A DNA stretch of 64,000 nucleotides from a virus (lineage: Duplodnaviria; Caudoviricetes): positions 32,001 through 96,000 of the IMG/VR virus record IMGVR_UViG_3300028833_000074, one strand, 5' to 3'. The translations under genes were made by a program, and so were the position numbers. The notes beneath the pieces were generated by a model. It was given only the letters and a program-made list of their open reading frames with translations. It was not told where the DNA came from and did no database searches. Shown here piece by piece: positions 22,138-35,900 of the stretch; positions within the stretch are counted from its first letter, which is position 1, and every line of letters begins with the position of its first letter.

Positions 22138-22983
22138 ATGACAGTAACAAGCACATTGGCAAAATTAAAAAATTATTTTATAAGTTGGCATACAAATAAT
22201 TATGACATCCTACACGAAATGACTGACCAAGTCACAAACCAAGCCCCAAATGGCAATAAAGCAGTTACAAGTAGAGCGGTGTATGATTATGTACTAAACC
22301 CACTTAATAAAAAAATAGGTAATAGCAGCAATTTACCATATGAAAATATTAATGAAACGCAATATGATAAAAAAAATATTACCTATAATATTCAAGAATT
22401 AAATAAAAAAATTAATCTTCTTAATACAGATTTAACAACAGTTACAAGTAATTTTAATGCACATAAAAACAATAAAGATGCAAACCATAGACATATGACT
22501 GAATCAGAATACTGGCAAAGCAAAATAGCAACATTTAGTGATAGTCATGATAGTGCAAGCACAAATTCCGGAGGCAATTCATATTACAAATGGCGTCGAA
22601 AGGGTATGTGGGCGCTATTAAGAATTCATGGTGTTCCTATTAAAAGTAACCTAAATACAACACAAACATATACGTTAAGTGCTAACAAGACAAGGAATCA
22701 ATGGACACCAGCACTCGCTACATTAGGCGCTTTTAGTTATGATGAAGTAAAATGGCTAACAATTACAAATACTTCAACATATCCGGGCTGGGCAATTGAA
22801 TATAAACCCAAATCAACATCAGCCACATATTTATACGCCAGCATTGTATATTTATGCGCCGACGCATATGTAAAAATTAATGATACAGCATATAAAATAT
22901 CTTGGAGAGACGCAACCGCTGACCATGGCGCTGGATATTGGATTGATGGACTTGATGGTGGTAAATGGGCTTCAGACGTTTAA
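22138..22983 (+). CDS. Fibre/receptor-binding-like protein
   Basis: AVTSRAVYDY fibre motif, coiled coil, C-terminal YKWRRKGMWALLRI head-like domain. Confidence 0.55.
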   Translation: MTVTSTLAKLKNYFISWHTNNYDILHEMTDQVTNQAPNGNKAVTSRAVYDYVLNPLNKKIGNSSNLPYENINETQYDKKNITYNIQELNKKINLLNTDLTTVTSNFNAHKNNKDANHRHMTESEYWQSKIATFSDSHDSASTNSGGNSYYKWRRKGMWALLRIHGVPIKSNLNTTQTYTLSANKTRNQWTPALATLGAFSYDEVKWLTITNTSTYPGWAIEYKPKSTSATYLYASIVYLCADAYVKINDTAYKISWRDATADHGAGYWIDGLDGGKWASDV

Positions 22984-22994
22984 TGGTGATAAAA

Positions 22995-24080
22995 ATGAGC
23001 AATCAAATAACAGAAAAAATCCTTAACCTTCGAGAAGAAATAGCAAAATATGTACCATTAATTGACCCCAAACCCCATACGCACAGCGTCAATGACCTTG
23101 ATGGTGTTGAAGGAGAATTAGTACCAACAAACCATGCATGGGATAAAGAAGAACACGAAAAATATGGTATTGCAAATCAAAATCATTATGGACACGTAGC
23201 CATCAGTAATGCTTTTACATCAGATGAAGATTATCAACAAAATACATCTACATATGAACGTAATAAAACAAATGCTGTTTCAGAAGAGGCAGTTAGAAAT
23301 TGGGTAATGCCATATATTGCAGAAAATTTTGGTATTTTTTGTTTAGATGAAGATGGCAATTTATATATTGAAACTATTGATATGGATATGAATTTAGAAC
23401 AACAAATAAGAGAAATAGTTTCTGATTATGATATCAATAGTAAATTAGAACAACATGTTATTACAAATCCTAAACCAACAAGTAATACTATCAATAATAT
23501 CACAGAAAATGGATATTATTTTTTAAATCCAAATGAAAATGAAGATTATTCTTTTACATGCAATAATGATGTCATTCATTACGAACGTGCTTTTATTATT
23601 GTTAAAAAACAATACACTCGCATTATACAATATGTATATGCCACTATGCCTAATAGTTTAAATAATTATCAACTAACTGGAGATATTTATGTCAGAATTG
23701 GTTCTGTGAATAATAATATTGTATCATGGAATAATAATTGGAAAATATTATATAAATCCTATGCTATACGCAGCAACGCCGGTGACCTTATCGATTCATT
23801 AGGGGATGGAGTAAGTGGTGTTGAATTATATGAGAATACTGCTGGCTACACATTCAAATGGAATCAAATAAAATATACACTTACTAAAGAAAATGGTATC
23901 TGGGCAACAGTATGTACCTTTAAAAACGCTTTGCCAATAGAAGATAATTTTATTTTTAGCAATATCATTAATAGCACAGATATTAAAATTTCATCTACCA
24001 AAGTAGAAATACGCTCTAAACAACGTCAAGGTACTGATATTAACGAAATTCATGAAACTCATTTTATACCAAGAAAATAG
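22995..24080 (+). CDS. Tail fibre protein with a knob-like domain
   Basis: GGTGA RBS before ATG 22995; HTH, YG..NHYGHV and INNITENGYY motifs. Confidence 0.6.
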   Translation: MSNQITEKILNLREEIAKYVPLIDPKPHTHSVNDLDGVEGELVPTNHAWDKEEHEKYGIANQNHYGHVAISNAFTSDEDYQQNTSTYERNKTNAVSEEAVRNWVMPYIAENFGIFCLDEDGNLYIETIDMDMNLEQQIREIVSDYDINSKLEQHVITNPKPTSNTINNITENGYYFLNPNENEDYSFTCNNDVIHYERAFIIVKKQYTRIIQYVYATMPNSLNNYQLTGDIYVRIGSVNNNIVSWNNNWKILYKSYAIRSNAGDLIDSLGDGVSGVELYENTAGYTFKWNQIKYTLTKENGIWATVCTFKNALPIEDNFIFSNIINSTDIKISSTKVEIRSKQRQGTDINEIHETHFIPRK

Positions 24081-24089
24081 AGGATAAAA

Positions 24090-26990
24090 ATGACAAATCC
24101 AACAATTGAGGCTACATTAAATTATCAAGAAAATTGTGATTATAAACAATCATCAACAACATGTGACATAACATTATCCAAACAAGATGTTATAATCACA
24201 GCAAATATTAGCGTAAGAGATTATAATCAACGTATTGTCAACACATCAACTGATGACTATTATTATAATGATGTATTACGTTTATTTATTACAATCACAG
24301 ACGCAAATAATAATGGCGTGCCTAATGGCTTTGTAAATGTATATTATGCAGAAAACGCCACAACAATATTAAATACAGAAAATTTAATTACTAAAACACC
24401 AATTCCAGTTGATGAACAAGGTAATGTAAGTGTATTATATCAACCACATCATAGTGGATATTTTATTGTGCAATACCATAACAGTCAAACATATAATGAT
24501 AAAACTGAATATTATCCGGTATTATTAAAAAAAATACCAACACTTTTAAATTTTTACGAAAATATACCACGCTTTGTACATTTAGAGGATACAGTATCAC
24601 TTAAAGTATCTGTACAAGATGTTTATGGTCAACCTTTAAACTATGGTATTGTTACATTTTTAAGTTATCAAATTGCTGACGCCACAGATGAAGATACAGA
24701 ACTATCATTAAGTGGTCAAGAAAAAGTTATTGGCAATCCAGTAATGGTTATCGATGGCGTCGCAGAAACAACATACTCACCAATACAATTATTGGAAGAA
24801 GATATATTACCAAAAGGTACAGAATTTATTAGGGCTGTTTTTAATTATGGTGAACGTAATGACAAATATGGTTCAGCCTATAAATATTATGCGCCAGATA
24901 GTTGTTGGACAAATATACCATTATTATATCCAAGTAATCTTACTATTGATGTTGTAACAATTAAAAACAATCAACTACAAAAAGTTACTATGTCAGATGG
25001 TGATATTATCATGAGTGATGGCTTTATCCATATTAAAAGCAATCAACATCTACATTTGCGCTTCGCTTTTACTAATAGTCGCAATGAACGTATTGCACTT
25101 GATAATAATTTAAAAGTATATTTTAATGTAAAAGGTACAGAAGATAAATTAATTATTGATAATATCACAGCAGATACTGAAACATATGTAAATCAATATC
25201 ATCAATATATTGATTATGACAAAGGATATGAAGCATCATATTATCCGGAAATTTATGGCGAAGAGAATATTTTTTTAAGTGATATTGGTAATATTCCAAC
25301 CGGTTATTATACTATTCAAGCATACATAAATAAAGGTGGACACACCATCTCTAAAGGACAATTAAAAGATATTGATGGACATGATGTTGATATAGAAGAT
25401 ATTTATTACTATGAGGCAGCCGAAAGTGAAAAATTATATCTTGCTGTTGATTTTGGCACACAAGATTATACAATTAATATTGACACAGAAACAATCAATG
25501 AAATTTATGGCATTAATACAATAGCAAAAGATATTCATAATCCAATTACTGCTACTATTGATATTGAAAAACAATATTACCCATACTTAAATAATCAACC
25601 ATGCGTATTTGTTATCCCAAAAATTAATAAAGAATATAAGGGTATTATCAAAATACAAAATAACCAATTAAAAGCAATATTGCAAGATACAATTATATTT
25701 ACATATGCTGATGATTATCCTATATATGTATATGTTAAAGGTAAAAGTTATACATATAATAATAATCAAATAACCTTTAGCGATGTATATAGTAATCCAA
25801 ATGATAATCATAATATGCCTATTTATATGTCTGCAAGATTTAATTTAGTACCACAAATTAATATTCGATATAATTCACAAATTTATAGTGGCGATGTCGA
25901 TATAGATATAAGTGTAGATAATATTTTTGATGAAAATTTAAATCTTGACACTATAATAGTATCAAAAAATAATTATACTTATACTGAATTAACTGATTCT
26001 TGTTCCTTAAACAAAAATCATCATACACACACAATACATATGTCAGATTTATCTGCTGGTGAATATCTTGTACAAACAAGAATCCAAAATCATAATTATA
26101 TATCAGAAACATTCACCATCTCAAAAGCCACATTAACAGCATATAACGATGTTCTTAATAATGTGCCAACTGGCAATATTCAAACAATAAAAATATATCT
26201 TAACACTAATAGCAATAAATTAACTGACTTAAATATAAATAAACTACATGTTGCGGTTAAATACGATAATATTGTCAATACATATAACATTGATAACAAC
26301 AATATAAGCATAAATAATACAAAAGATATAATAACATTTAATATGCCATTATATAATGAAGGTGAATATCAAATTAAGGTATTGTATGATGGTGATGAAA
26401 ATTTTGAAATATTAAATCCAACAACATATCCAATTGTTTTTAACACAAAAACAGTTTATGGCTCATTGCAAATTAATCGTTATGTTATTAAGCCATCACC
26501 TTCTGGTAATAATGAAGGCATAACCGATAATGATGAATTTGAAGATTATATTGATTTATTTATTAATTACAATGGTATTAACAATCAGTATATTATTGGT
26601 GAAATACAAGCAACAGATTATAGCAATAATAAATTATTTATCCCTTTTATATCAGATAAACAAGGTCATATACATCTATATAATCCAATTAATTCATATA
26701 CATGGCAATCATATAATAATTTTATTATCAACATTGACCCTACCAACACCTATATAATAAATGCTTTATTAAACTTTGATACCCCCCAAGAAGCAATTGA
26801 AAATTATTTTTATAATAATAATACAAAATATCGTTACAACAATACAAATATACCAATACAATTCGGTGCTGAAGACAATAATAATATATACTTTGCACAA
26901 ATTAAACAGCAATTAATCGCAAGTGGTAATAAAACATTATTTACAACTTATAAAAAACAAACACTAATGGAGACAAAAGATGAATCTTAA
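24090..26990 (+). CDS. Ig-like repeat structural protein
   Basis: 966 aa; Big-domain-like strands (VQDVYGQPLNYGIVTF, YDGDENF). Confidence 0.6.
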   Translation: MTNPTIEATLNYQENCDYKQSSTTCDITLSKQDVIITANISVRDYNQRIVNTSTDDYYYNDVLRLFITITDANNNGVPNGFVNVYYAENATTILNTENLITKTPIPVDEQGNVSVLYQPHHSGYFIVQYHNSQTYNDKTEYYPVLLKKIPTLLNFYENIPRFVHLEDTVSLKVSVQDVYGQPLNYGIVTFLSYQIADATDEDTELSLSGQEKVIGNPVMVIDGVAETTYSPIQLLEEDILPKGTEFIRAVFNYGERNDKYGSAYKYYAPDSCWTNIPLLYPSNLTIDVVTIKNNQLQKVTMSDGDIIMSDGFIHIKSNQHLHLRFAFTNSRNERIALDNNLKVYFNVKGTEDKLIIDNITADTETYVNQYHQYIDYDKGYEASYYPEIYGEENIFLSDIGNIPTGYYTIQAYINKGGHTISKGQLKDIDGHDVDIEDIYYYEAAESEKLYLAVDFGTQDYTINIDTETINEIYGINTIAKDIHNPITATIDIEKQYYPYLNNQPCVFVIPKINKEYKGIIKIQNNQLKAILQDTIIFTYADDYPIYVYVKGKSYTYNNNQITFSDVYSNPNDNHNMPIYMSARFNLVPQINIRYNSQIYSGDVDIDISVDNIFDENLNLDTIIVSKNNYTYTELTDSCSLNKNHHTHTIHMSDLSAGEYLVQTRIQNHNYISETFTISKATLTAYNDVLNNVPTGNIQTIKIYLNTNSNKLTDLNINKLHVAVKYDNIVNTYNIDNNNISINNTKDIITFNMPLYNEGEYQIKVLYDGDENFEILNPTTYPIVFNTKTVYGSLQINRYVIKPSPSGNNEGITDNDEFEDYIDLFINYNGINNQYIIGEIQATDYSNNKLFIPFISDKQGHIHLYNPINSYTWQSYNNFIINIDPTNTYIINALLNFDTPQEAIENYFYNNNTKYRYNNTNIPIQFGAEDNNNIYFAQIKQQLIASGNKTLFTTYKKQTLMETKDES

Positions 26991-29901
26991 CGACATTAAA
27001 GAATATCCCCATAAAATAAAAAAAATTTTAATTACAAATCCAAATCTTTATTCCATTAATGATTATATTACTATTAAAATATCATTGGATGATGTCCAAG
27101 ATGATGAAGTAATACGTTTTAGTTTAAAAGAAAACGACGATTTTGTCCACCATCAATCTATTGATGATGATTATTTTATTAGAATACCTAATAATTTAAA
27201 TACAATTACCACATTATATGCTCATTATTTTATTTATGATTTATATCAATATGAGGAAATTGAAGAAGTTTATTCTATTTATCCATTTCAAGATTTATTT
27301 GAAAAAAATCCTATCAATAAACAAGGAATTCCATATAAAATTCAAATTGAATCAAAAGGATATGACATGCAATTAGGTTCAGATAATAAGCCTTATATTC
27401 GCTCTTTATTAAATAATAGTATTGATAAATATAAAAACCCTAATTATAAAAATTATTATAATACCAATATTGAAGATAAAAGAGATATGACTATACAAGG
27501 TATGTTTCCATTGTCAAGTCGATATAGACCACCATATCAATATATCAATGCCCCTAATTTAACGACCGAAGCATTATGGCAAGCAACCGAAAATGATATA
27601 AATTGTACAAATAGAAGACAAATAACACCATATTGGGAGGCAAAGATTCATAGAACTGGATTAAGCCCATTAATATCAGACCAAATTGATGGAGAATACG
27701 CACCTATAAATGTTTTCCTAAATTATAACTATTTACCTACAACAACCGAATATCATCAACATTATTTTGGATTTGAAGGCAAACATTACCAAGATAATAA
27801 TCCAAACAAACCACACTTGACATTAAATTCAGATTTAAATATTTTTGAAGGTACTAACGTTAATACCATTAATAATTTTGGTAATAACAATAATTATCGT
27901 ATTATTAATGTCGGTAATCCTTTTGATGATACGTACAGCATGTTTGTAGACCATGAACATATTATTCAATTAGACTTGAATAATGCCATTTATACAAATT
28001 GTCAATTGAAATATAATAAATGTGACAAATATTGGACATATACACCATTGGGTAAAGGTCAAGCATCCTTAAATATAAAATTAGATAAAGAACATTTATA
28101 CACTTTAAAATATTATATTTATATACCACAAGATACTGAATGCGAACCGGATAGTTGCTATATTACAGTTAATGATAATAAAATACATGATGATTTTATT
28201 AAACAAGATAAAATTTTACGCAACCAATGGATTTATCATGAAGTACCTTTTGTTAGTCAAGGCGAAGATATCATCAACATTATTGGACCACAACATAATG
28301 ATGATAGTCATCAAATACATTTTATTTATTTAACGATTGAGGAATTTCAAGAATATAGCCCAACAATTAAATATGCATCAAATGGCTTACATATATCTGA
28401 AAAAAATAAAACTATTATACGCTCTACAAAAGGTGATGATAATTGCGTCAGTACACCAACGCCTACACATCATTCAATAACTCCAAAAACATTACCTAAT
28501 CCAAATGGTAAAATTTTATTTTCATTAGATAATGATATAGATATTTATTACGATAGATTCACGTCAGATATGTATTATTATCATCCAAGTACATATACAA
28601 ATATCATCAAATTAGAAAATAATTTATTATCTTGGACTAATGATAACGACTTATCATTAACATATTCATACGAAGATACGCCATCTCTCAATAATGATGA
28701 CACAACATCTTTAACAGCAGAATATCAAAATAAAATAGTATTTATTCAAGGTGTTAATAATAATTTTATTTTATATGCTACTGACTCATATAATAATATT
28801 GTTTCTTCTGGCGATGTAGAGTGCGCTATCATTAAGGATAAAGAATCAACGCCAGAAGCAGAAGAAATTGTTAAAAATTTAGGTACACGAAAAATTACTC
28901 AAAATGGTACAGTTTTCTTTGATAAAATTGATTTGCGTAATATACCGGTAGATGGTGATTATAGCAAATATTATTTACGAATTAAATATATTAATCCTTG
29001 TGACCAAAAAGTTATTTATGATTATAAAGCATTTTACATCGAACCACAAAGAATTCATTTGACACCTTTTGTGAATAATTCATGTAAAAATCATCAAGGC
29101 AATTTTATTCTTCAAAGTAATGATGATGGATTTGAAAAATTTGGATATAGCACACCTAATGGTTTTGTGATACATTATCCAGAAGAGGAATTGCCACTTA
29201 AGGTTTCTGTTTTTGTGCAAAATCAAAATGGTTCATTATTATCCGATTGCACATTAGATAATGGTATCGTTAATATCGGCTACTGTGAATTATCTATTGA
29301 TGATGAATTGAAACAAGTAAGTATTGTAGATATTAATGGTGAATGTGATTTTTATCTTGATATGGAAGATTTAACAAAATTATCACAAGTTGTTAAGATT
29401 GAATACTATAATAGATATTATGAAGCGATTGATTATATTTATTTTGATATTGTTTTCGATGAGCAAACAAAGTTAAAGCCTATTATTCCAATTAAAATTT
29501 TATTGTTTGATGAGAATGGAATAAGTTATGTTCATGAAAATGATATATTGACAGTTGATAAGGATGAATGTGTATTGATGGATATTGATACAGATAAGCA
29601 TAAACGTTTTAGATTTGAAATCTATGAACATAATACCCCAGTATTTAACAAGCGAACAGCAGAACGAGTTTTTGCGCAAAATTTTGCACAAATTAATGAG
29701 CAAGAATTGTTTTATATTGTTGGCTTATTGAATGATGCAAATATTAATTCACCAAATGAAGTAATTCCAAAAGCAAATATGCAAGCGACAACAAAATATT
29801 ATACTTTTGTCACGACTAATATGATGACAGACGCTGGTATCGTGATTGATGATTTATGGCGAGAATATCATAGAACATTACAAATTAACTTTACAAAATA
29901 A
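26980..29901 (+). CDS. Large beta-rich structural protein
   Basis: 973 aa ORF coupled within the structural operon. Confidence 0.5.
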   Translation: MNLNDIKEYPHKIKKILITNPNLYSINDYITIKISLDDVQDDEVIRFSLKENDDFVHHQSIDDDYFIRIPNNLNTITTLYAHYFIYDLYQYEEIEEVYSIYPFQDLFEKNPINKQGIPYKIQIESKGYDMQLGSDNKPYIRSLLNNSIDKYKNPNYKNYYNTNIEDKRDMTIQGMFPLSSRYRPPYQYINAPNLTTEALWQATENDINCTNRRQITPYWEAKIHRTGLSPLISDQIDGEYAPINVFLNYNYLPTTTEYHQHYFGFEGKHYQDNNPNKPHLTLNSDLNIFEGTNVNTINNFGNNNNYRIINVGNPFDDTYSMFVDHEHIIQLDLNNAIYTNCQLKYNKCDKYWTYTPLGKGQASLNIKLDKEHLYTLKYYIYIPQDTECEPDSCYITVNDNKIHDDFIKQDKILRNQWIYHEVPFVSQGEDIINIIGPQHNDDSHQIHFIYLTIEEFQEYSPTIKYASNGLHISEKNKTIIRSTKGDDNCVSTPTPTHHSITPKTLPNPNGKILFSLDNDIDIYYDRFTSDMYYYHPSTYTNIIKLENNLLSWTNDNDLSLTYSYEDTPSLNNDDTTSLTAEYQNKIVFIQGVNNNFILYATDSYNNIVSSGDVECAIIKDKESTPEAEEIVKNLGTRKITQNGTVFFDKIDLRNIPVDGDYSKYYLRIKYINPCDQKVIYDYKAFYIEPQRIHLTPFVNNSCKNHQGNFILQSNDDGFEKFGYSTPNGFVIHYPEEELPLKVSVFVQNQNGSLLSDCTLDNGIVNIGYCELSIDDELKQVSIVDINGECDFYLDMEDLTKLSQVVKIEYYNRYYEAIDYIYFDIVFDEQTKLKPIIPIKILLFDENGISYVHENDILTVDKDECVLMDIDTDKHKRFRFEIYEHNTPVFNKRTAERVFAQNFAQINEQELFYIVGLLNDANINSPNEVIPKANMQATTKYYTFVTTNMMTDAGIVIDDLWREYHRTLQINFTK

Positions 29902-29913
29902 AGAGGCACAACA

Positions 29914-32900
29914 ATGAATTATGTATATCCAACTAAAATTGAAGGTGTGGAAGGATGGTCCACAAAAACCAATACACAAAAAATGACTAATAAAAGTTAT
30001 TTATGTTCCAATAGTACAGCATTAGCCTATTGGGGAGTAAAAAATCCGACTTATAAAGGTCATCCATTACGTAATTGGCCAGATTCAGTCACAACCCCAT
30101 CTGGTTCATATTATAGACCAGAAGAAATTATTGCATCCGGTTTTGTTGTGCCAAATGCCCCAGATGAAGCATACGTTACCAGTATTGAATTAGAATATAA
30201 ATGGGAACAGATAGCATACTCATCATTAACTTCTTTTGGAAAATTTGATAATCCTATTATTACATTAAAGAAAAATGGTACAAAAATTGCAAACTTTACT
30301 GGTCACAAACCGGCTAATAATGGTAGATGCACCAATAATGGTAAAAATGTAGATAGTGCAAATTTAGCAACATTATATTCTCATAAAATTAATTTAGGTA
30401 ATCATAAAATTACCATTAAAGACCTTAAGAAAAATATCAAATTACATTTTCATCCTCAAAAAAACCAAGCAAGCAATCATTGTCGTATTGTGATGCAATT
30501 TTTAAGATTTAAAATTACTTATAAAGATATTGACCCAACTTTTAAAATAACGAATACATTATCTCATAAAGAACAAAAAGTAGATAAAACATATACTTAC
30601 AAAGTAACACTTAAAAGCACTAACAAAAGAGTGGCAAAAAATTTACCAGTTACTATTACTTTGCCGAAGAATACAACAGTTACAAAAGCATCAACAACAA
30701 CCGGTAGTGGCTCATACAAAGAAGGAACATGGACAATAAAAACCTTTAAAAAAGATACTGCTACATTAACACTCACTTGTAAAACGACAAAAGAAACATC
30801 AAAACAAACTTTTAAAGCAAGTTTTTCATTATATAATAAAGGTAATGCAAGCGCAAGTATGAAAATATCAAAAGAATCTGTGCCAGCACCATCACAACCA
30901 GATAAACCAGAACCAGAACCAGAACCAACTGTTATTAATTTTACTTTCACAACCAATGGTAAAAAACCATTAGTATATAAGGCTGTTGATAATAAACCAC
31001 TTACTATTAATGTCTCAATGATACGCAACAAAGTATCAGAAGAGAATGATGAAAAAATTATCATCAATACAGATGGATTAATCACCACTAATATCTGGCA
31101 AGGTATTAAAGATTTTAACATACAACAAGATAAAATAGACACAAGCAAATGGATTATTGATAATATTAAGACCAGTAATATTAATCTTTACGCTAATGTT
31201 GTTTTAGATACCCCAGATGAATATCACATGACAGCACTTCATACTGAAAGTAATCTTGATGATATAAAAAGAAATATTGATTTAACAGTCATGGAACAAG
31301 ATTTGCAAAAAGAATTTTTTAAATTACGTCTTGAAGATGGTTCAGATGTACGATATAATTCTTTAATTTTTACTGCTGGGGATGACTTAACAACACCAAT
31401 TACATATGATGTAGAAAATGTATCAAATCCTTTAATTGACAATATTACTATTATTGGTGAAACAAAACGCATTCCAACTCAACAAGCAAAATTTATTACT
31501 TTTGATATCAATATTGATATGCCAGAAGATAAAGTCTTTGAAAATGTTATTGCATACCTTGACGTTTATAATAATGAAGGTGAACAATGTGATGATATTA
31601 TTATTGGTGGCGATAAAAATATTACAGTTTATAATGGTTTAACAAATAAATATTGTATTATTAAAAAATTATATTCTAATCAAACTAATAAAATTAAATT
31701 GATTGTACAATCAGATATAGAACAAGAATGTATTTTAAAAATAAAACCTCTTAATTATGGTGACGAAAAATACACTAATGGTGAATGGCAAGCATCTCAT
31801 ATAATTTTTAAAGATATTCCAAATATTGAAATGAAAATAGAAGGTATTACTGAATTAACATATGTTGATGATAATGATGCCTATTTTTGTTTAAGATATA
31901 TTATTCAAAACAAATCTAATGTCGATGGTACTAATGTTAAATTCAAAATACAAGAACCACCAATCTTTAAACGAGATACATCACCACAAGGACATCGTTC
32001 ACCAACACTAACTGCTATTGACAGTAATACACACCCATCTTTTAATGAAAATAGTCGTATTCTTACTTTTCCACTTTTAGAAGCAAATAGCAGTAAATAT
32101 ATTTTAGAAATATGTTATAAAGCACAAAAAAAGGGTATTTACGATTTCATTATTAAAACATTAGATGATAAAAAATCAACTGAAGATGACCAATATGCTA
32201 ATATGTATCAACATAAATTGCTGGTAAACATTGACAGTAGCGTTGACGTCAGAACAACAGTTACCAACAATCATCCATATTTAGATGAAATTTTTGACTT
32301 TAAAATTTATGTTAAAAATTATTTTAAAAATCAAAATGAATTTATTTTTAATATTAAAGACATAGGTCAATATGAAAATGCGCATGAACAAAATCACTTT
32401 ATAATTGAAAATGTTGAATGTCAAGATGGCGTTTTTTACCCAAGTGATAATCAAAACCAACTTGGTATTTGGAAAATCACGAATATTAAAGCCGGAGACA
32501 TATTTGAATTAATATTATCTTTAAGACCAACTGATACAAAAATACATGTCATTGAAACAGAATTTATCGATACACAATTAAATAGACAAAAATATCGTAA
32601 TGAAATTGATGTATTAGAACCGAATAAAAAAATTGATTTCAACGTTTATCACGCAGTCAATCATAGCGATGAAGATATTGATTGTCAAAACTGTGACAAA
32701 TTGACAATTATATGTGATGATGATTTTATTAATCTTAATGATGACATATATTATATTTTTGAAATTACTAATAATAATAAAAATCCTATTAATTATATCA
32801 ATTTATATGCACGACTACCATCATCCTTCCTCAATAATGGTATCAAATGCTATAATAAAAATTATCCACCAAGTATTAATAGTAATAATTTAGTAAGTTT

Positions 32901-35900
32901 TCGTATTAATAGTATTGATGGCTGTCAAACTAAAAAATTCTGTATTAAAGTTACACCATCACAACAAGGTACATTCTTATCTAACTTTATGCTATCTACA
33001 CACAATGCACATGTATTACATCGTCAATTAAAATTAACTGTTGACTCTCACTATAATGCTCGTACAACTGAACATGAAATTACAATTTATAATTTTGAAA
33101 AAACTAATAGATATTTCAGACGTGAGATGGATAATCAAGGTAATTTATTCAAATTTTTTAACAAAGGAGATATTTCCAAAAGAACACTCGATATAGAAAA
33201 ACATAATGCTTCTAAAGTTGAAACATACAAAGGTAGCACCTTAAAAGATATTATCCAACAAATTAAGGATAATTCTAAATATGTTGAGCCAGAATTATTA
33301 AGAATAGGCAACAATCATTTAGCAACCAAATCATATGAAATGTATCCAAATGGGTTCATAAATCGTTTTGGATTGCTTAATTCAGAGGTTTTCCATTACG
33401 CCGGACAATTACCTACAACAAGTAATTTAGTAGATTATGCTATGCGTTGGGATGTAGATACATGGGATACTAAAGTATGGACTGGCAATGATTATCAAAA
33501 TGGTGTTTTTGACCTTACAATAGATTACGCTAAAATACCAACCAATTTCAACATTTTAGAATTAGATAACCCTATCGGTAATTTACAATCATTAGTAAAT
33601 CGAGTAAAACCATTTGGTACTAAAGCGATATGTTATTATTCAAATAGTATTAAACTTACATTAAAAATGGAATTAGATTTATTATCAACAACAATTGATA
33701 ATAATTTTTTATTTGATATTGAACTGGATAAATTAGGTATTATCACGTGGTACAATAGACATGATAATAGTATCTATACAACATATGATATACATTATTT
33801 TGAAAGTGAATTTGACGATATAAAAGTTAAAACACTCAACAATATGGGCAAAATTGATGTAAATGATGATTTAGAAACAAATATGACTTATAGTATTGAT
33901 ATATTCAAAGATAAAATGTCTCAACAATATATTCATGAATGCTATAATATTGTACAAAATTTATTATCAAGTAATATTGCAATTACAAAAGAAAAAAATA
34001 ATCTTAATTTGCCATTACAAAAAATCAATCGTAATTCTTATATCAATAAACTTTATGATGGCGATATATATGAATTCTATTTTAATGGAGATATTGAAAA
34101 TGAACAAATAGCCGGTATTTATATAGAAAATGATAGGGATATTATTGCTTGCTTGCGTCAACGCATCGACCCATTCATTAATCATTTTACCCTACAAGAG
34201 AATGATAACACAATCAGTAGCACAAATATTTCCAATCCATATAATTTCAGTATCCAAGTCCAATGCTGTACATTGCAAAATAATACCAAATATCGCATAT
34301 TGCACTTTTGGATATCAACTAACGACAGAAAATATCAATATTTAGGTTATTATTTTGTAACAAATTATAATGATATTGTTCTATATGTTAACAATAGCGC
34401 TGGTCTCCCAATTACATATACACAAACATCCACTAAAATTGATATAGAAGAAGAATATGATTTAACGAAAGATACACCAATTACCTTTTCTATTGATGAC
34501 AGCATTAAAAAAATCAACGAAACACACAATGATATTCATTTGCAGTCATCAGCATTAAAATGGGATAATATTAATAATCTTAACGCAAGCAATAAATATG
34601 CTATCGTCTATAATGATAGTAACGTGGATAAAGAATGTAAGGCTTCATCATTACAAACACCAAAAATCATGTTGCGATATGATAACATTAACATAGATGA
34701 TACAGATGAAATACAAAATATCTATGTCAATTTAAAAGCAAACGCCAATTATGATTTCATTAACAATACCACTATTAATATTCAAAAAGATGGTGACTAT
34801 TATTTACCAAATAATAATACCAGTCATAAGACATATTATCCAAATAACATTACAAATGTAAATCAAACATTTATATCTGCGTTAAACATTCAACAACCAA
34901 ATATTACTATATGTGGCAATTGTTTGCGTACAAGTTTAGGATATTATGATGAATGTCCATATTGTAATTCAAACAAAGTTTCACATTCAGATGAAAAAGA
35001 AGCAATTACTATATGTTATGAATGTAATTGGGTGTCAAATGGTTGGAATAATTATTGTCCACATTGTTTATCAAAGCATATTGAAAAAACCTTCGCTGAC
35101 TACAACAAAACATACTGCAACAAATGTCATACTTTACATGATAATTATTATTCAACATGTCCATCTTGTTTCTCAAAAGATGTTACATATCTACAAAATA
35201 ATGAAAAAATATACCAAATTTTTGATATTAATACACAAAATATTGAACCTATTATCATCAAAAGTAATATTAATAAAATTAATGTTTGCAATATAAAAAT
35301 ACCATTAAATAAACATACGAATGAACTTACTCAATTGAAAACATTATCTTTAATATTGACAACCACAAATCATAATGATGGAAAATATTATTATTGTCCG
35401 GATTGTGAAAGTGGTGGATTAGGTAATTATGATAAATGCCCTTATTGTAATAGTGTATCTATTGAAAATAATATCATTAATAATATTAATTTCGACATTT
35501 ATGCAACTGTCAATAATCAAACATCATTGCTTCAATCATATAATCAATTTACAGATACAAATAAGATATTTATTGATATATTAGATTTAGCAAAAACCAA
35601 TGCTAAAGAATATTTCACGCTATCTATATATGCAGAGAATCCATTTTATCAACAAAATAATAATGAGTTACATGCATTAAATATCGCCGAAGAATATCAA
35701 CAAGAAATACTAACAATTAATAATATAAATATTAGTATTGACAATATTGGTTTAGAATCCAAATATAAAAATGAACATGAATGGGAAAACTTAAATTCAT
35801 TATATGGACAACAACATCAAGGAGTAATATATCAGACAAATGAATATAATAATGATTATATTAATTTTTCTAACTTCAATATTGACGAAAAAAATTTAAA

